This document shows positions 46,901-62,600 of a stretch of 64,000 bases of DNA, piece after piece. The position numbers and the translations under genes are program-made. The notes beneath the pieces are model-generated. The model was not told the origin of the DNA. It was given only the letters and a program-made list of their open reading frames with translations, and searched no databases. The stretch's first letter is position 1, and every line of letters starts with the position of its first letter. This DNA comes from Eledone cirrhosa (lineage: Eukaryota): contig OZ024741.1 of NCBI GenBank assembly GCA_964016885.1, positions 232,252,001-232,316,000 of the forward strand, written 5' to 3'.

Positions 46901-49900
46901 ATACCTTATCAGTTGGATATTCTCTGGATAGTATCATGCCTTATATGTTGGATATTCTCTGGATAGTATCATACCTTATCAGCTAGATATTCTCTGGATA
47001 GTGTCATACCTTATCAGTTAGATATTCTCTGGATAGTATCATACCTTATAAGTTGGATATTCCATGGATAGTATCACACCTTATCAGTTAGATATTCTCT
47101 GGATAGTATCATACCTTATCAGTTGGATATTATCTGGATAGTATCATACCTTATCAGTTAGATATTCTCTGGATAGTATCATACCTTATAAGTTGGATAT
47201 TCTCTGGATAGTATCATACCTTATCAGTTAGATATTTTCAGGATAGTATCATACCTTATCAGTTGGATATTCTCTGGATAGTATCATAACTTATCAGTTT
47301 GATATTCTCTGGATAGTATCATACCTTATCAGTTGGATATTCTCTGGATAGTATCATACCTTATCAGTTCGATATTCTCTGGATAGTATCATACCTTATC
47401 AGTTGGATATTCTCTGTATAGTATCATACCATATCAATTGGATATTCTCCGTATAGTATCATGCCTTATCAGTTTGACATTTTCTGGATATTATCATAGC
47501 TTATCAGTTGGATATTCTCTGTATAGTATCATACCTTATCAGTTGGATATTCTCTGTATAGTATCATACCTTATCAATTGGATATTATCTGTATAGTATC
47601 ATGCCTTTTCAGTTGGATATTCTCTATATAGTATCATACCTCATCAGTTAGATATTCTCTGGATAGTATCATACCTTATCAGTTGGATATTCTCTGTATA
47701 GTATCATGACTTATCAGTTAGATATTCTCTGGATAGTATCATACCTTATCAGTTGGATATTCTCTGTATAGTATCATGACTTATCAGTTAGATATTCTCT
47801 GGATAGTATCATACCTTATCAGTTAGATATTCTCTGGATAGTATCATACCTTATATGTTGGATATTCTCTGGATAGTATCATACCTTATCAGTTAGATAT
47901 TCTCTGGATAGTATCATACATTATCAGTTGGACATTTTCAGGATAGTATCATACCTTATCAGTTGGATATTATCTGGATAGTATCATACCTTATCAGTTA
48001 GATATTCTCTGGATAGTATCATACCTTATAAGTTGGATATTCTCTGTATAGTATCATACCTTATCAATTGGATATTCTCTGTATAGTATCATGCCTTATC
48101 AGTTGGACATTTTCTGGATAGTATCATACCTTATCAGTTGGATATTCTCTGTATAGTATCATACCTCATCAGTTGGATATTCTCTGTATAGTATCATACC
48201 TTATCAATTGGATATTCGCTGTATAGTATCATGCCTTATCAGTTGGACATTTTCTAGATAGTATCATACCTTATCAGTTGGATATTCTCTGTATAGTATC
48301 ATACCTTATCAGTTAGATATTCTCTGGATAGTATCATACCTTATCAGTTGGATATTCTCTGTATAGTATCATAACTTATCAGTTAGATATTCTCTGGATA
48401 GTATCATACCTTATCAGTTAGATATTCTCTGGATAGTATCATACCTTATATGTTGGATATTCTCTGGATAGTATCATACCTTATCAGTTAGATATTCTCT
48501 GGATAGTATCATACATTATCAGTTGGACATTTTCAGAATAGTATCATACCTTATCAGTTGGATATTCTCTGTATAGTATCATACCTTATCAGTTGGACAT
48601 TTTCTGGATAGTATCATACCTTATCAGTTGGATATTCTCTGGATAGTATCATACCTTATCAGTTAGATATTCTCTGGATAGTATCATACCTTATCAGTTG
48701 GATATTCTCTGTATAGTATCATACCTTATCAGTTGGACATTTTCAGAATAGTATCATACCTTATCAGTTAGATATTCTCTGGATAGTATCATACCTTATC
48801 TGTTGGATATTCTCTGGATAGTATCATACCTTATCAGTTGGATATTCTCTGGATAGTATCATACCTTATCAGTTGGATATTCTCTGAATAGTATCATACC
48901 TTATCAGTTAGATATTCCCTATATAGTATCATACCTTATCAGTTGGATATTCTCTGGATAGTATCATACCTTATCAGTTGGATATTCTCTGGATAGTATC
49001 ATACCTTATCAGTTGGATATTCTCTGTATAGTATCATACCTTATCAGTTAGATATTCTCTGTATAGTATCATACCTTATTAGTTAGATGTTTGCTGGATA
49101 GTATCATACCTTATCAGTTGGATATTCTCTGTATAGTATCATACCTTATCAGTTGGATATTCTCTGGATAGTATCATACCTTATCAGTTAGATATTTTCT
49201 GGATAGTATCATACCTTATCAGTTGGATATTCTCTGGATAGTATCATACCTTATCAGTTGGATATTATCTGGATAGTATAATACCTTATCAGTTGGATAT
49301 TCTCTGTATAGTATCATACCTTATATTTTGGATATTCTCTGGATAGTATCATACCTTATCAGTTGGATATTCTCTGGATAGTATCATACCTTATCAGTTG
49401 GATATTCTCTGGATAGTATCATACCTTATCAGTTAGATATTTTCAGGATAGTATCATACCTTATCAGTTGGATGTTCTCTGGATAGTATCATACCTTATC
49501 AGTTCGATATTCTCTGGATAGTATCATACCTTATCAGTTGGATATTCTCTGGATAGTATTATACCTTATCAGTTGGATATTCTCTGTATAGTATCATACC
49601 TTATCAGTTGGATATTCTCTGTATAGTATCATACCTTATCAGTTGGATATTCTCTGGATAGTATCATGCCTTATATGTTGGATATTCTCTGGATAGTATC
49701 ATACCTTATCAGCTAGATATTCTCTGGATAGTGTCATACCTTATCAGTTAGATATTCTCTGGATAGTATCATACCTTATAAGTTGGATATTCCATGGATA
49801 GTATCACACCTTATCAGTTAGATATTCTCTGGATAGTATCATACCTTATCAGTTGGATATTATCTGGATAGTATCATACCTTATCAGTTAGATATTCTCT

Positions 49901-52900
49901 GGATAGTATCATACCTTATAAGTTGGATATTCTCTGGATAGTATCATACCTTATCAGTTAGATATTTTCAGGATAGTATCATACCTTATCAGTTGGATAT
50001 TCTCTGGATAGTATCATAACTTATCAGTTTGATATTCTCTGGATAGTATCATACCTTATCAGTTGGATATTCTCTGGATAGTATCATACCTTATCAGTTC
50101 GATATTCTCTGGATAGTATCATACCTTATCAGTTGGATATTCTCTGTATAGTATCATACCTTATCAATTGGATATTCTCCGTATAGTATCATGCCTTATC
50201 AGTTTGACATTTTCTGGATATTATCATAGCTTATCAGTTGGATATTCTCTGTATAGTATCATACCTTATCAGTTGGATATTCTCTGTATAGTATCATACC
50301 TTATCAATTGGATATTATCTGTATAGTATCATGCCTTTTCAGTTGGATATTCTCTGTATAGTATCATACCTCATCAGTTAGATATTCTCTGGATAGTATC
50401 ATACCTTATCAGTTGGATATTCTCTGTATAGTATCATGACTTATCAGTTAGATATTCTCTGGATAGTATCATACCTTATCAGTTGGATATTCTCTGTATA
50501 GTATCATGACTTATCAGTTAGATATTCTCTGGATAGTATCATACCTTATCAGTTAGATATTCTCTGGATAGTATCATACCTTATATGTTGGATATTCTCT
50601 GGATAGTATCATACCTTATCAGTTAGATATTCTCTGGATAGTATCATACATTATCAGTTGGACATTTTCAGGATAGTATCATACCTTATCAGTTGGATAT
50701 TATCTGGATAGTATCATACCTTATCAGTTAGATATTCTCTGGATAGTATCATACCTTATAAGTTGGATATTCTCTGTATAGTATCATACCTTATCAATTG
50801 GATATTCTCTGTATAGTATCATGCCTTATCAGTTGGACATTTTCTGGATAGTATCATACCTTATCAGTTGGATATTCTCTGTATAGTATCATACCTCATC
50901 AGTTGGATATTCTCTGTATAGTATCATACCTTATCAATTGGATATTCGCTGTATAGTATCATGCCTTATCAGTTGGACATTTTCTGGATAGTATCATACC
51001 TTATCAGTTGGATATTCTCTGTATAGTATCATACCTTATCAGTTAGATATTCTCTGGATAGTATCATACCTTATCAGTTGGATATTCTCTGTATAGTATC
51101 ATAACTTATCAGTTAGATATTCTCTGGATAGTATCATACCTTATCAGTTAGATATTCTCTGGATAGTATCATACCTTATATGTTGGATATTCTCTGGATA
51201 GTATCATACCTTATCAGTTAGATATTCTCTGGATAGTATCATACATTATCAGTTGGACATTTTCAGAATAGTATCATACCTTATCAGTTGGATATTCTCT
51301 GTATAGTATCATACCTTATCAGTTGGACATTTTCTGGATAGTATCATACCTTATCAGTTGGATATTCTCTGGATAGTATCATACCTTATCAGTTAGATAT
51401 TCTCTGGATAGTATCATACCTTATCAGTTGGATATTCTCTGTATAGTATCATACCTTATCAGTTGGACATTTTCAGAATAGTATCATACCTTATCAGTTA
51501 GATATTCTCTGGATAGTATCATACCTTATCTGTTGGATATTCTCTGGATAGTATCATACCTTATCAGTTGGATATTCTCTGGATAGTATCATACCTTATC
51601 AGTTGGATATTCTCTGAATAGTATCATACCTTATCAGTTAGATATTCCCTATATAGTATCATACCTTATCAGTTGGATATTCTCTGGATAGTATCATACC
51701 TTATCAGTTGGATATTCTCTGGATAGTATCATACCTTATCAGTTGGATATTCTCTGTATAGTATCATACCTTATCAGTTAGATATTCTCTGTATAGTATC
51801 ATACCTTATTAGTTAGATGTTTGCTGGATAGTATCATACCTTATCAGTTGGATATTCTCTGTATAGTATCATACCTTATCAGTTGGATATTCTCTGGATA
51901 GTATCATACCTTATCAGTTAGATATTTTCTGGATAGTATCATACCTTATCAGTTGGATATTCTCTGGATAGTATCATACCTTATCAGTTGGATATTATCT
52001 GGATAGTATAATACCTTATCAGTTGGATATTCTCTGTATAGTATCATACCTTATATTTTGGATATTCTCTGGATAGTATCATACCTTATCAGTTGGATAT
52101 TCTCTGGATAGTATCATGCCTTATCAGTTGGATATTCTCTGGATAGTATCATACCTTATCAGTTAGATATTTTCAGGATAGTATCATACCTTATCAGTTG
52201 GATGTTCTCTGGATAGTATCGTACCTTATCAGTTCGATATTCTCTGGATAGTATCATACCTTATCAGTTGGATATTCTCTGGATAGTATTATACCTTATC
52301 AGTTGGATATTCTCTGTATAGTATCATACCTTATCAGTTGGATATTCTCTGTATAGTATCATACCTTATCAGTTGGATATTCTCTGGATAGTATCATGCC
52401 TTATATGTTGGATATTCTCTGGATAGTATCATACCTTATCAGCTAGATATTCTCTGGATAGTGTCAAACCTTATCAGTTAGATATTCTCTGGATAGTATC
52501 ATACCTTATAAGTTGGATATTCCATGGATAGTATCACACCTTATCAGTTAGATATTCTCTGGATAGTATCATACCTTATCAGTTGGATATTATCTGGATA
52601 GTATCATACCTTATCAGTTAGATATTCTCTGGATAGTATCATACCTTATAAGTTGGATATTCTCTGGATAGTATCATACCTTATCAGTTAGATATTTTCA
52701 GGATAGTATCATACCTTATCAGTTGGATATTCTCTGGATAGTATCATAACTTATCAGTTTGATATTCTCTGGATAGTATCATACCTTATCAGTTGGATAT
52801 TCTCTGGATAGTATCATACCTTATCAGTTCGATATTCTCTGGATAGTATCATACCTTATCAGTTGGATATTCTCTGTATAGTATCATACCTTATCAATTG

Positions 52901-55900
52901 GATATTCTCCGTATAGTATCATGCCTTATCAGTTTGACATTTTCTGGATATTATCATAGCTTATCAGTTGGATATTCTCTGTATAGTATCATACCTTATC
53001 AGTTGGATATTCTCTGTATAGTATCATACCTTATCAATTGGATATTATCTGTATAGTATCATGCCTTTTCAGTTGGATATTCTCTGTATAGTATCATACC
53101 TCATCAGTTAGATATTCTCTGGATAGTATCATACCTTATCAGTTGGATATTCTCTGTATAGTATCATGACTTATCAGTTAGATATTCTCTGGATAGTATC
53201 ATACCTTATCAGTTGGATATTCTCTGTATAGTATCATGACTTATCAGTTAGATATTCTCTGGATAGTATCATACCTTATCAGTTAGATATTCTCTGGATA
53301 GTATCATACCTTATATGTTGGATATTCTCTGGATAGTATCATACCTTATCAGTTAGATATTCTCTGGATAGTATCATACATTATCAGTTGGACATTTTCA
53401 GGATAGTATCATACCTTATCAGTTGGATATTATCTGGATAGTATCATACCTTATCAGTTAGATATTCTCTGGATAGTATCATACCTTATAAGTTGGATAT
53501 TCTCTGTATAGTATCATACCTTATCAATTGGATATTCTCTGTATAGTATCATGCCTTATCAGTTGGACATTTTCTGGATAGTATCATACCTTATCAGTTG
53601 GACATTCTCTGTATATTATCATACCTCATCAGTTGGATATTCTCTGTATAGTATCATACCTTATCAATTGGATATTCGCTGTATAGTATCATGCCTTATC
53701 AGTTGGACATTTTCTGGATAGTATCATACCTTATCAGTTGGATATTCTCTGTATAGTATCATACCTTATCAGTTAGATATTCTCTGGATAGTATCATACC
53801 TTATCAGTTGGATATTCTCTGGATAGTATCATACCTTATCAGTTAGATATTCTCTGGATAGTATCATACATTATCAGTTGGACATTTTCAGAATAGTATC
53901 ATACCTTATCAGTTGGATATTCTCTGTATAGTATCATACCTTATCAGTTGGATATTCTCTGGATAGTATCATACCTTATCAGTTAGATATTCTCTGGATA
54001 GTATCATACCTTATCAGTTGGATATTCTCTGTATAGTATCATACCTTATCAGTTGGACATTTTCAGAATAGTATCATACCTTATCAGTTAGATATTCTCT
54101 GGATAGTATCATACCTTATCTGTTGGATATTCTCTGGATAGTATCATACCTTATCAGTTGGATATTCTCTGGATAGTATCATACCTTATCAGTTGGATAT
54201 TCTCTGAATAGTATCATACCTTATCAGTTAGATATTCCCTATATAGTATCATACCTTATCAGTTGGATATTCTCTGGATAGTATCATACCTTATCAGTTG
54301 GATATTCTCTGGATAGTATCATACCTTATCAGTTGGATATTCTCTGTATAGTATCATACCTTATCAGTTAGATATTCTCTGTATAGTATCATACCTTATT
54401 AGTTAGATGTTTGCTGGATAGTATCATACCTTATCAGTTGGATATTCTCTGTATAGTATCATACCTTATCAGTTGGATATTCTCTGGATAGTATCATACC
54501 TTATCAGTTAGATATTTTCTGGATAGTATCATACCTTATCAGTTGGATATTCTCTGGATAGTATCATACCTTATCAGTTGGATATTATCTGGATAGTATA
54601 ATACCTTATCAGTTGGATATTCTCTGTATAGTATCATACCTTATATTTTGGATATTCTCTGGATAGTATCATACCTTATCAGTTGGATATTCTCTGGATA
54701 GTATCATACCTTATCAGTTGGATATTCTCTGGATAGTATCATACCTTATCAGTTAGATATTTTCAGGATAGTATCATACCTTATCAGTTGGATGTTCTCT
54801 GGATAGTATCATACCTTATCAGTTGGATATTCTCTGTATAGTATCATACCTTATCAGTTAGATATTCTCTGTATAGTATCATACCTTATTAGTTAGATGT
54901 TTGCTGGATAGTATCATACCTTATCAGTTGGATATTCTCTGTATAGTATCATACCTTATCAGTTGGATATTCTCTGGATAGTATCATGCCTTATATGTTG
55001 GATATTCTCTGGATAGTATCATACCTTATCAGCTAGATATTCTCTGGATAGTGTCATACCTTATCAGTTAGATATTCTCTGGATAGTATCATACCTTATA
55101 AGTTGGATATTCCATGGATAGTATCACACCTTATCAGTTAGATATTCTCTGGATAGTATCATACCTTATCAGTTGGATATTATCTGGATAGTATCATACC
55201 TTATCAGTTAGATATTCTCTGGATAGTATCATACCTTATAAGTTGGATATTCTCTGGATAGTATCATACCTTATCAGTTAGATATTTTCAGGATAGTATC
55301 ATACCTTATCAGTTGGATATTCTCTGGATAGTATCATAACTTATCAGTTTGATATTCTCTGGATAGTATCATACCTTATCAGTTGGATATTCTCTGGATA
55401 GTATCATACCTTATCAGTTCGATATTCTCTGGATAGTATCATACCTTATCAGTTGGATATTCTCTGTATAGTATCATACCTTATCAATTGGATATTCTCC
55501 GTATAGTATCATGCCTTATCAGTTTGACATTTTCTGGATATTATCATAGCTTATCAGTTGGATATTCTCTGTATAGTATCATACCTTATCAGTTGGATAT
55601 TCTCTGTATAGTATCATACCTTATCAATTGGATATTATCTGTATAGTATCATGCCTTTTCAGTTGGATATTCTCTGTATAGTATCATACCTCATCAGTTA
55701 GATATTCTCTGGATAGTATCATACCTTATCAGTTGGATATTCTCTGTATAGTATCATGACTTATCAGTTAGATATTCTCTGGATAGTATCATACCTTATC
55801 AGTTGGATATTCTCTGTATAGTATCATGACTTATCAGTTAGATATTCTCTGGCTAGTATCATACCTTATCAGTTAGATATTCTCTGGATAGTATCATACC

Positions 55901-58900
55901 TTATATGTTGGATATTCTCTGGATAGTATCATACCTTATCAGTTAGATATTCTCTGGATAGTATCATACATTATCAGTTGGACATTTTCAGGATAGTATC
56001 ATACCTTATCAGTTGGATATTATCTGGATAGTATCATACCTTATCAGTTAGATATTCTCTGGATAGTATCATACCTTATAAGTTGGATATTCTCTGTATA
56101 GTATCATACCTTATCAATTGGATATTCTCTGTATAGTATCATGCCTTATCAGTTGGACATTTTCTGGATAGTATCATACCTTATCAGTTGGATATTCTCT
56201 GTATAGTATCATACCTCATCAGTTGGATATTCTCTGTATAGTATCATACCTTATCAATTGGATATTCGCTGTATAGTATCATGCCTTATCAGTTGGACAT
56301 TTTCTGGATAGTATCATACCTTATCAGTTGGATATTCTCTGTATAGTATCATACCTTATCAGTTAGATATTCTCTGGATAGTATCATACCTTATCAGTTG
56401 GATATTCTCTGTATAGTATCATAACTTATCAGTTAGATATTCTCTGGATAGTATCATACCTTATCAGTTAGATATTCTCTGGATAGTATCATACCTTATA
56501 TGTTGGATATTCTCTGGATAGTATCATACCTTATCATTTAGATATTCTCTGGATAGTATCATACATTATCAGTTGGACATTTTCAGAATAGTATCATACC
56601 TTATCAGTTGGATATTCTCTGTATAGTATCATACCTTATCAGTTCGACATTTTCTGGATAGTATCATACCTTATCAGTTGGATATTCTCTGGATAGTATC
56701 ATACCTTATCAGTTAGATATTCTCTGGATAGTATCATACCTTATCAGTTGGATATTCTCTGTATAGTATCATACCTTATCAGTTGGACATTTTCAGAATA
56801 GTATCATACCTTATCAGTTAGATATTCTCTGGATAGTATCATACCTTATCTGTTGGATATTCTCTGGATAGTATCATACCTTATCAGTTGGATATTCTCT
56901 GGATAGTATCATACCTTATTAGTTAGATGTTTGCTGGATAGTATCATACCTTATCAGTTGGATATTCTCTGTATAGTATCATACCTTATCAGTTGGATAT
57001 TCTCTGGATAGTATCATACCTTATCAGTTAGATATTTTCTGGATAGTATCATACCTTATCAGTTGGATATTCTCTGGATAGTATCATACCTTATCAGTTG
57101 GATATTATCTGGATAGTATAATACCTTATCAGTTGGATATTCTCTGTATAGTATCATACCTTATATTTTGGATATTCTCTGGATAGTATCATACCTTATC
57201 AGTTGGATATTCTCTGGATAGTATCATACCTTATCAGTTGGATATTCTCTGGATAGTATCATACCTTATCAGTTAGATATTTTCAGGATAGTATCATACC
57301 TTATCAGTTGGATGTTCTCTGGATAGTATCATACCTTATCAGTTCGATATTCTCTGGATAGTATCATACCTTATCAGTTGGATATTCTCTGGATAGTATT
57401 ATACCTTATCAGTTGGATATTCTCTGTATAGTATCATACCTTATCAGTTGGATATTCTCTGTATAGTATCATACCTTATCAGTTGGATATTCTCTGGATA
57501 GTATCATGCCTTATATGTTGGATATTCTCTGGATAGTATCATAACTTATCAGCTAGATATTCTCTGGATAGTGTCATACCTTATCAGTTAGATATTCTCT
57601 GGATAGTATCATACCTTATAAGTTGGATATTCCATGGATAGTATCACACCTTATCAGTTAGATATTCTCTGGATAGTATCATACCTTATCAGTTGGATAT
57701 TATCTGGATAGTATCATACCTTATCAGTTAGATATTCTCTGGATAGTATCATACCTTATAAGTTGGATATTCTCTGGATAGTATCATACCTTATCAGTTA
57801 GATATTTTCAGGATAGTATCATACCTTATCAGTTGGATATTCTCTGGATAGTATCATAACTTATCAGTTTGATATTCTCTGGATAGTATCATACCTTATC
57901 AGTTGGATATTCTCTGGATAGTATCATACCTTATCTGTTCGATATTCTCTGGATAGTATCATACCTTATCAGTTGGATATTCTCTGTATAGTATCATACC
58001 TTATCAATTGGATATTCTCCGTATAGTATCATGCCTTATCAGTTTGACATTTTCTGGATATTATCATAGCTTATCAGTTGGATATTCTCTGTATAGTATC
58101 ATACCTTATCAGTTGGATATTCTCTGTATAGTATCATACCTTATCAATTGGATATTATCTGTATAGTATCATGCCTTTTCAGTTGGATATTCTCTGTATA
58201 GTATCATACCTCATCAGTTAGATATTCTCTTGATAGTATCATACCTTATCAGTTGGATATTCTCTGTATAGTATCATGACTTATCAGTTAGATATTCTCT
58301 GGATAGTATCATACCTTATCAGTTGGATATTCTCTGTATAGTATCATGACTTATCAGTTAGATATTCTCTGGATAGTATCATACCTTATCAGTTAGATAT
58401 TCTCTGGATAGTATCATACCTTATATGTTGGATATTCTCTGGATAGTATCATACCTTATCAGTTAGATATTCTCTGGATAGTATCATACATTATCAGTTG
58501 GACATTTTCAGGATAGTATCATACCTTATCAGTTGGATATTATCTGGATAGTATCATACCTTATCAGTTAGATATTCTCTGGATAGTATCATACCTTATA
58601 AGTTGGATATTCTCTGTATAGTATCATACCTTATCAATTGGATATTCTCTGTATAGTATCATGCCTTATCAGTTGGACATTTTCTGGATAGTATCATACC
58701 TTATCAGTTGGATATACTCTGTATAGTATCATACCTCATCAGTTGGATATTCTCTGTATAGTATCATACCTTATCAATTGGATATTCGCTGTATAGTATC
58801 ATGCCTTATCAGTTGGACATTTTCTGGATAGTATCATACCTTATCAGTTCGATATTCTCTGTATAGTATCATACCTTATCAGTTAGATATTCTCTGGATA

Positions 58901-59500
58901 GTATCATACCTTATCAGTTGGATATTCTCTGTATAGTATCATAACTTATCAGTTAGATATTCTCTGGATAGTATCATACCTTATCAGTTAGATATTCTCT
59001 GGATAGTATCATACCTTATCAGTTGGATGTTCTCTGGATAGTATCATACCTTATCAGTTTGATATTCTCTGGATAGTATCATACCTTATCAGTTGGATAT
59101 TCTCTGGATAGTATTATACCTTATCAGTTGGATATTCTCTGTATAGTATCATACCTTATCAGTTGGATATTCTCTGTATAGTATCATACCTTATCAGCTA
59201 GATATTCTCTGGATAGTGTCATACCTTATCAGTTAGATATTCTCTGGATAGTATCATACCTTATAAGTTGGATATTCCATGGATAGTATCACACCTTATC
59301 AGTTAGATATTCTCTGGATAGTATCATACCTTATCAGTTGGATATTATCTGGATAGTATCATGCCTTATCAGTTAGATATTCTCTGGATAGTATCATACC
59401 TTATTAGTTGGATATTCTCTGGATAGTATCATACCTTATCAGTTAGATATTTTCAGGATAGTATCATACCTTATCAGTTGGATATTCTCTGGATAGTATC
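44000..59500 (+). repeat. Multi-copy higher-order repeat with a canonical unit of 78 monomers (2730 bp) and shorter derivatives (45, 74, 72, 47 monomers)
   Basis: ACACC at 45501/47076/49806/52536/55126/57646/59291; ATGCCTTTTC at 47601/50331/53061/55651/58171; GATGTTTGCT at 44781/46356/49086/51816/54406/54896/56926. Confidence 0.9.
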
Positions 59501-59639
59501 ATAACTTATCAGTTTGATATTCTCTGGATAGTATCATACCTTATCAGTTGGATATTCTCTGGATAGTATCATACCTTATCAGTTGGATATTCTCTGGATA
59601 GTATCATACCTTATCAGTTGGATATTCTCTGGATAGTAT

Positions 59640-62600
59640 CATACCTTATAAGTTGGATATTCCATGGATAGTATCATACCTTATCAGTTAGATATTCCAT
59701 GGATAGTATCATACCTTATCAGTTAGATATTCTCTGGATCGTATCATACCTTATCAGTTAGATATTCTCTGGATAGTATCATACCTTATCAGTTGGATAT
59801 TATCTGGATAGTATCATACCTTATCAGTTAGATATTCTCTGGATAGTATCATACCTTATAAGTTGGATATTCTCTGTATAGTATCATACCTTATCAATTG
59901 GATATTCTCCGTATAGTATCATGCCTTATCAGTTGGACATTTTCTGGATATTATCATACCTTATCAGTTGGATATTCTCTGTATAGTATCATACCTTATC
60001 AGTTGGATATTCTCTGTATAGTATCATACCTTATCAATTGGATATTCTCTGTATAGTATCATGCCTTATCAGTTGGATATTCTCTGTATAGTATCATACC
60101 TCATCAGTTAGATATTCTCTGGATAGTATCATACCTTATCAGTTGGATATTCTCTGTATAGTATCATGACTTATCAGTTAGATATTCTCTGGATAGTATC
60201 ATACCTTATCAGTTGGATATTCTCTGTATAGTATCATGACTTATCAGTTAGATATTCTCTGGATAGTATCATACCTTATCAGTTAGATATTCTGTGGATA
60301 GTATCATACCTTATATGTTGGATATTCTCTGGATAGTATCATAACATATCAGTTTGATATTCTCTGGATAGTATCATACCTTATCAGTTAGATATTCTCT
60401 GGAGAGTATCATACCTTATCAGTTGGATATTCTCTGGATAGTATCATACCTTATCAGTTGGATATTCTCTGGATAGTATCATACCTTATCAGTTGGATAT
60501 TCTCTGTATAGTATCATACCTTATCAGTTAGATATTCTCTGGATAGTATCATACTTTATAAGTTGGATATTCTCTGTATAGTATCATACCTTATCAATTG
60601 GATATTCTCTGTATAGTATCATGCCTTATCAGTTGGACATTTTCTGGATAGTACCATACCTTATCAGTTGGATATTCTCTGTATAGTATCATACCTTATC
60701 AATTGGATATTCTCTGTATAGTATCATGCCTTATCGGTTGGACATTTTCTGGATAGTATCATGCCTTATCAGTTGGATATTCTCTGTATAGTATCATACC
60801 TCATCAGTTGGATATTCTCTGTATAGTATCATATCTTATCAATTGGATATTCGCTGTATAGTATCATGCCTTATCAGTTGGACATTTTCTGGATATTATC
60901 ATACCTTATCAGTTGGATATTCTCTGTATAGTATCATACCTTATCAGTTAGATATTCTCTGGATAGTATCATACCTTATCAGTTGGATATTCTCTGTATA
61001 GTATCATACCTTATCAGTTAGATATTCTCTGGATAGTATCATACCTTATCAGTTAGATATTGTCTGGATAGTATCATACCTTATATGTTGGATATTCTCT
61101 GGATAGTATCATACCTTATCAGTTAAGATATTCTCTGGATAGTATCATACATTATCAGTTGGACATTTTCAGGATAGTATCATACCTTATCAGTTAGATA
61201 TTCTCCGGATAGTATCATACCTTATCAGTTGGATATTCTCTGGATAGTATCATACATTATCAGTTGGATATTCTCTGGATAGTATCATACCTTATAAGTT
61301 GGATATTCCATGGATAGTATCATACCTTATCAGTTAGATATTCCATGGATAGTATCATACCTTATCAGTTAGATATTCTCTGGATCGTATCATACCTTAT
61401 CAGTTAGATATTCTCTGGATAGTATCATACCTTATCAGTTGGATATTATCTGGATAGTATCATACCTTATCAGTTAGATATTCTCTGGATAGTATCATAC
61501 CTTATAAGTTGGATATTCTCTGTATAGTATCATACCTTATCAATTGGATATTCTCCGTATAGTATCATGCCTTATCAGTTGGACATTTTCTGGATATTAT
61601 CATACCTTATCAGTTGGATATTCTCTGTATAGTATCATACCTTATCAGTTGGATATTCTCTGTATAGTATCATACCTTATCAATTGGATATTCTCTGTAT
61701 AGTATCATGCCTTATCAGTTGGATATTCTCTGTATAGTATCATACCTCATCAGTTAGATATTCTCTGGATAGTATCATACCTTATCAGTTGGATATTCTC
61801 TGTATAGTATCATGACTTATCAGTTAGATATTCTCTGGATAGTATCATACCTTATCAGTTGGATATTCTCTGTATAGTATCATGACTTATCAGTTAGATA
61901 TTCTCTGGATAGTATCATACCTTATCAGTTAGATATTCTGTGGATAGTATCATACCTTATATGTTGGATATTCTCTGGATAGTATCATAACATATCAGTT
62001 TGATATTCTCTGGATAGTATCATACCTTATCAGTTAGATATTCTCTGGAGAGTATCATACCTTATCAGTTGGATATTCTCTGGATAGTATCATACCTTAT
62101 CAGTTGGATATTCTCTGGATAGTATCATACCTTATCAGTTGGATATTCTCTGTATAGTATCATACCTTATCAGTTAGATATTCTCTGGATAGTATCATAC
62201 TTTATAAGTTGGATATTCTCTGTATAGTATCATACCTTATCAATTGGATATTCTCTGTATAGTATCATGCCTTATCAGTTGGACATTTTCTGGATAGTAC
62301 CATACCTTATCAGTTGGATATTCTCTGTATAGTATCATACCTTATCAATTGGATATTCTCTGTATAGTATCATGCCTTATCGGTTGGACATTTTCTGGAT
62401 AGTATCATGCCTTATCAGTTGGATATTCTCTGTATAGTATCATACCTCATCAGTTGGATATTCTCTGTATAGTATCATATCTTATCAATTGGATATTCGC
62501 TGTATAGTATCATGCCTTATCAGTTGGACATTTTCTGGATATTATCATACCTTATCAGTTGGATATTCTCTGTATAGTATCATACCTTATCAGTTAGATA

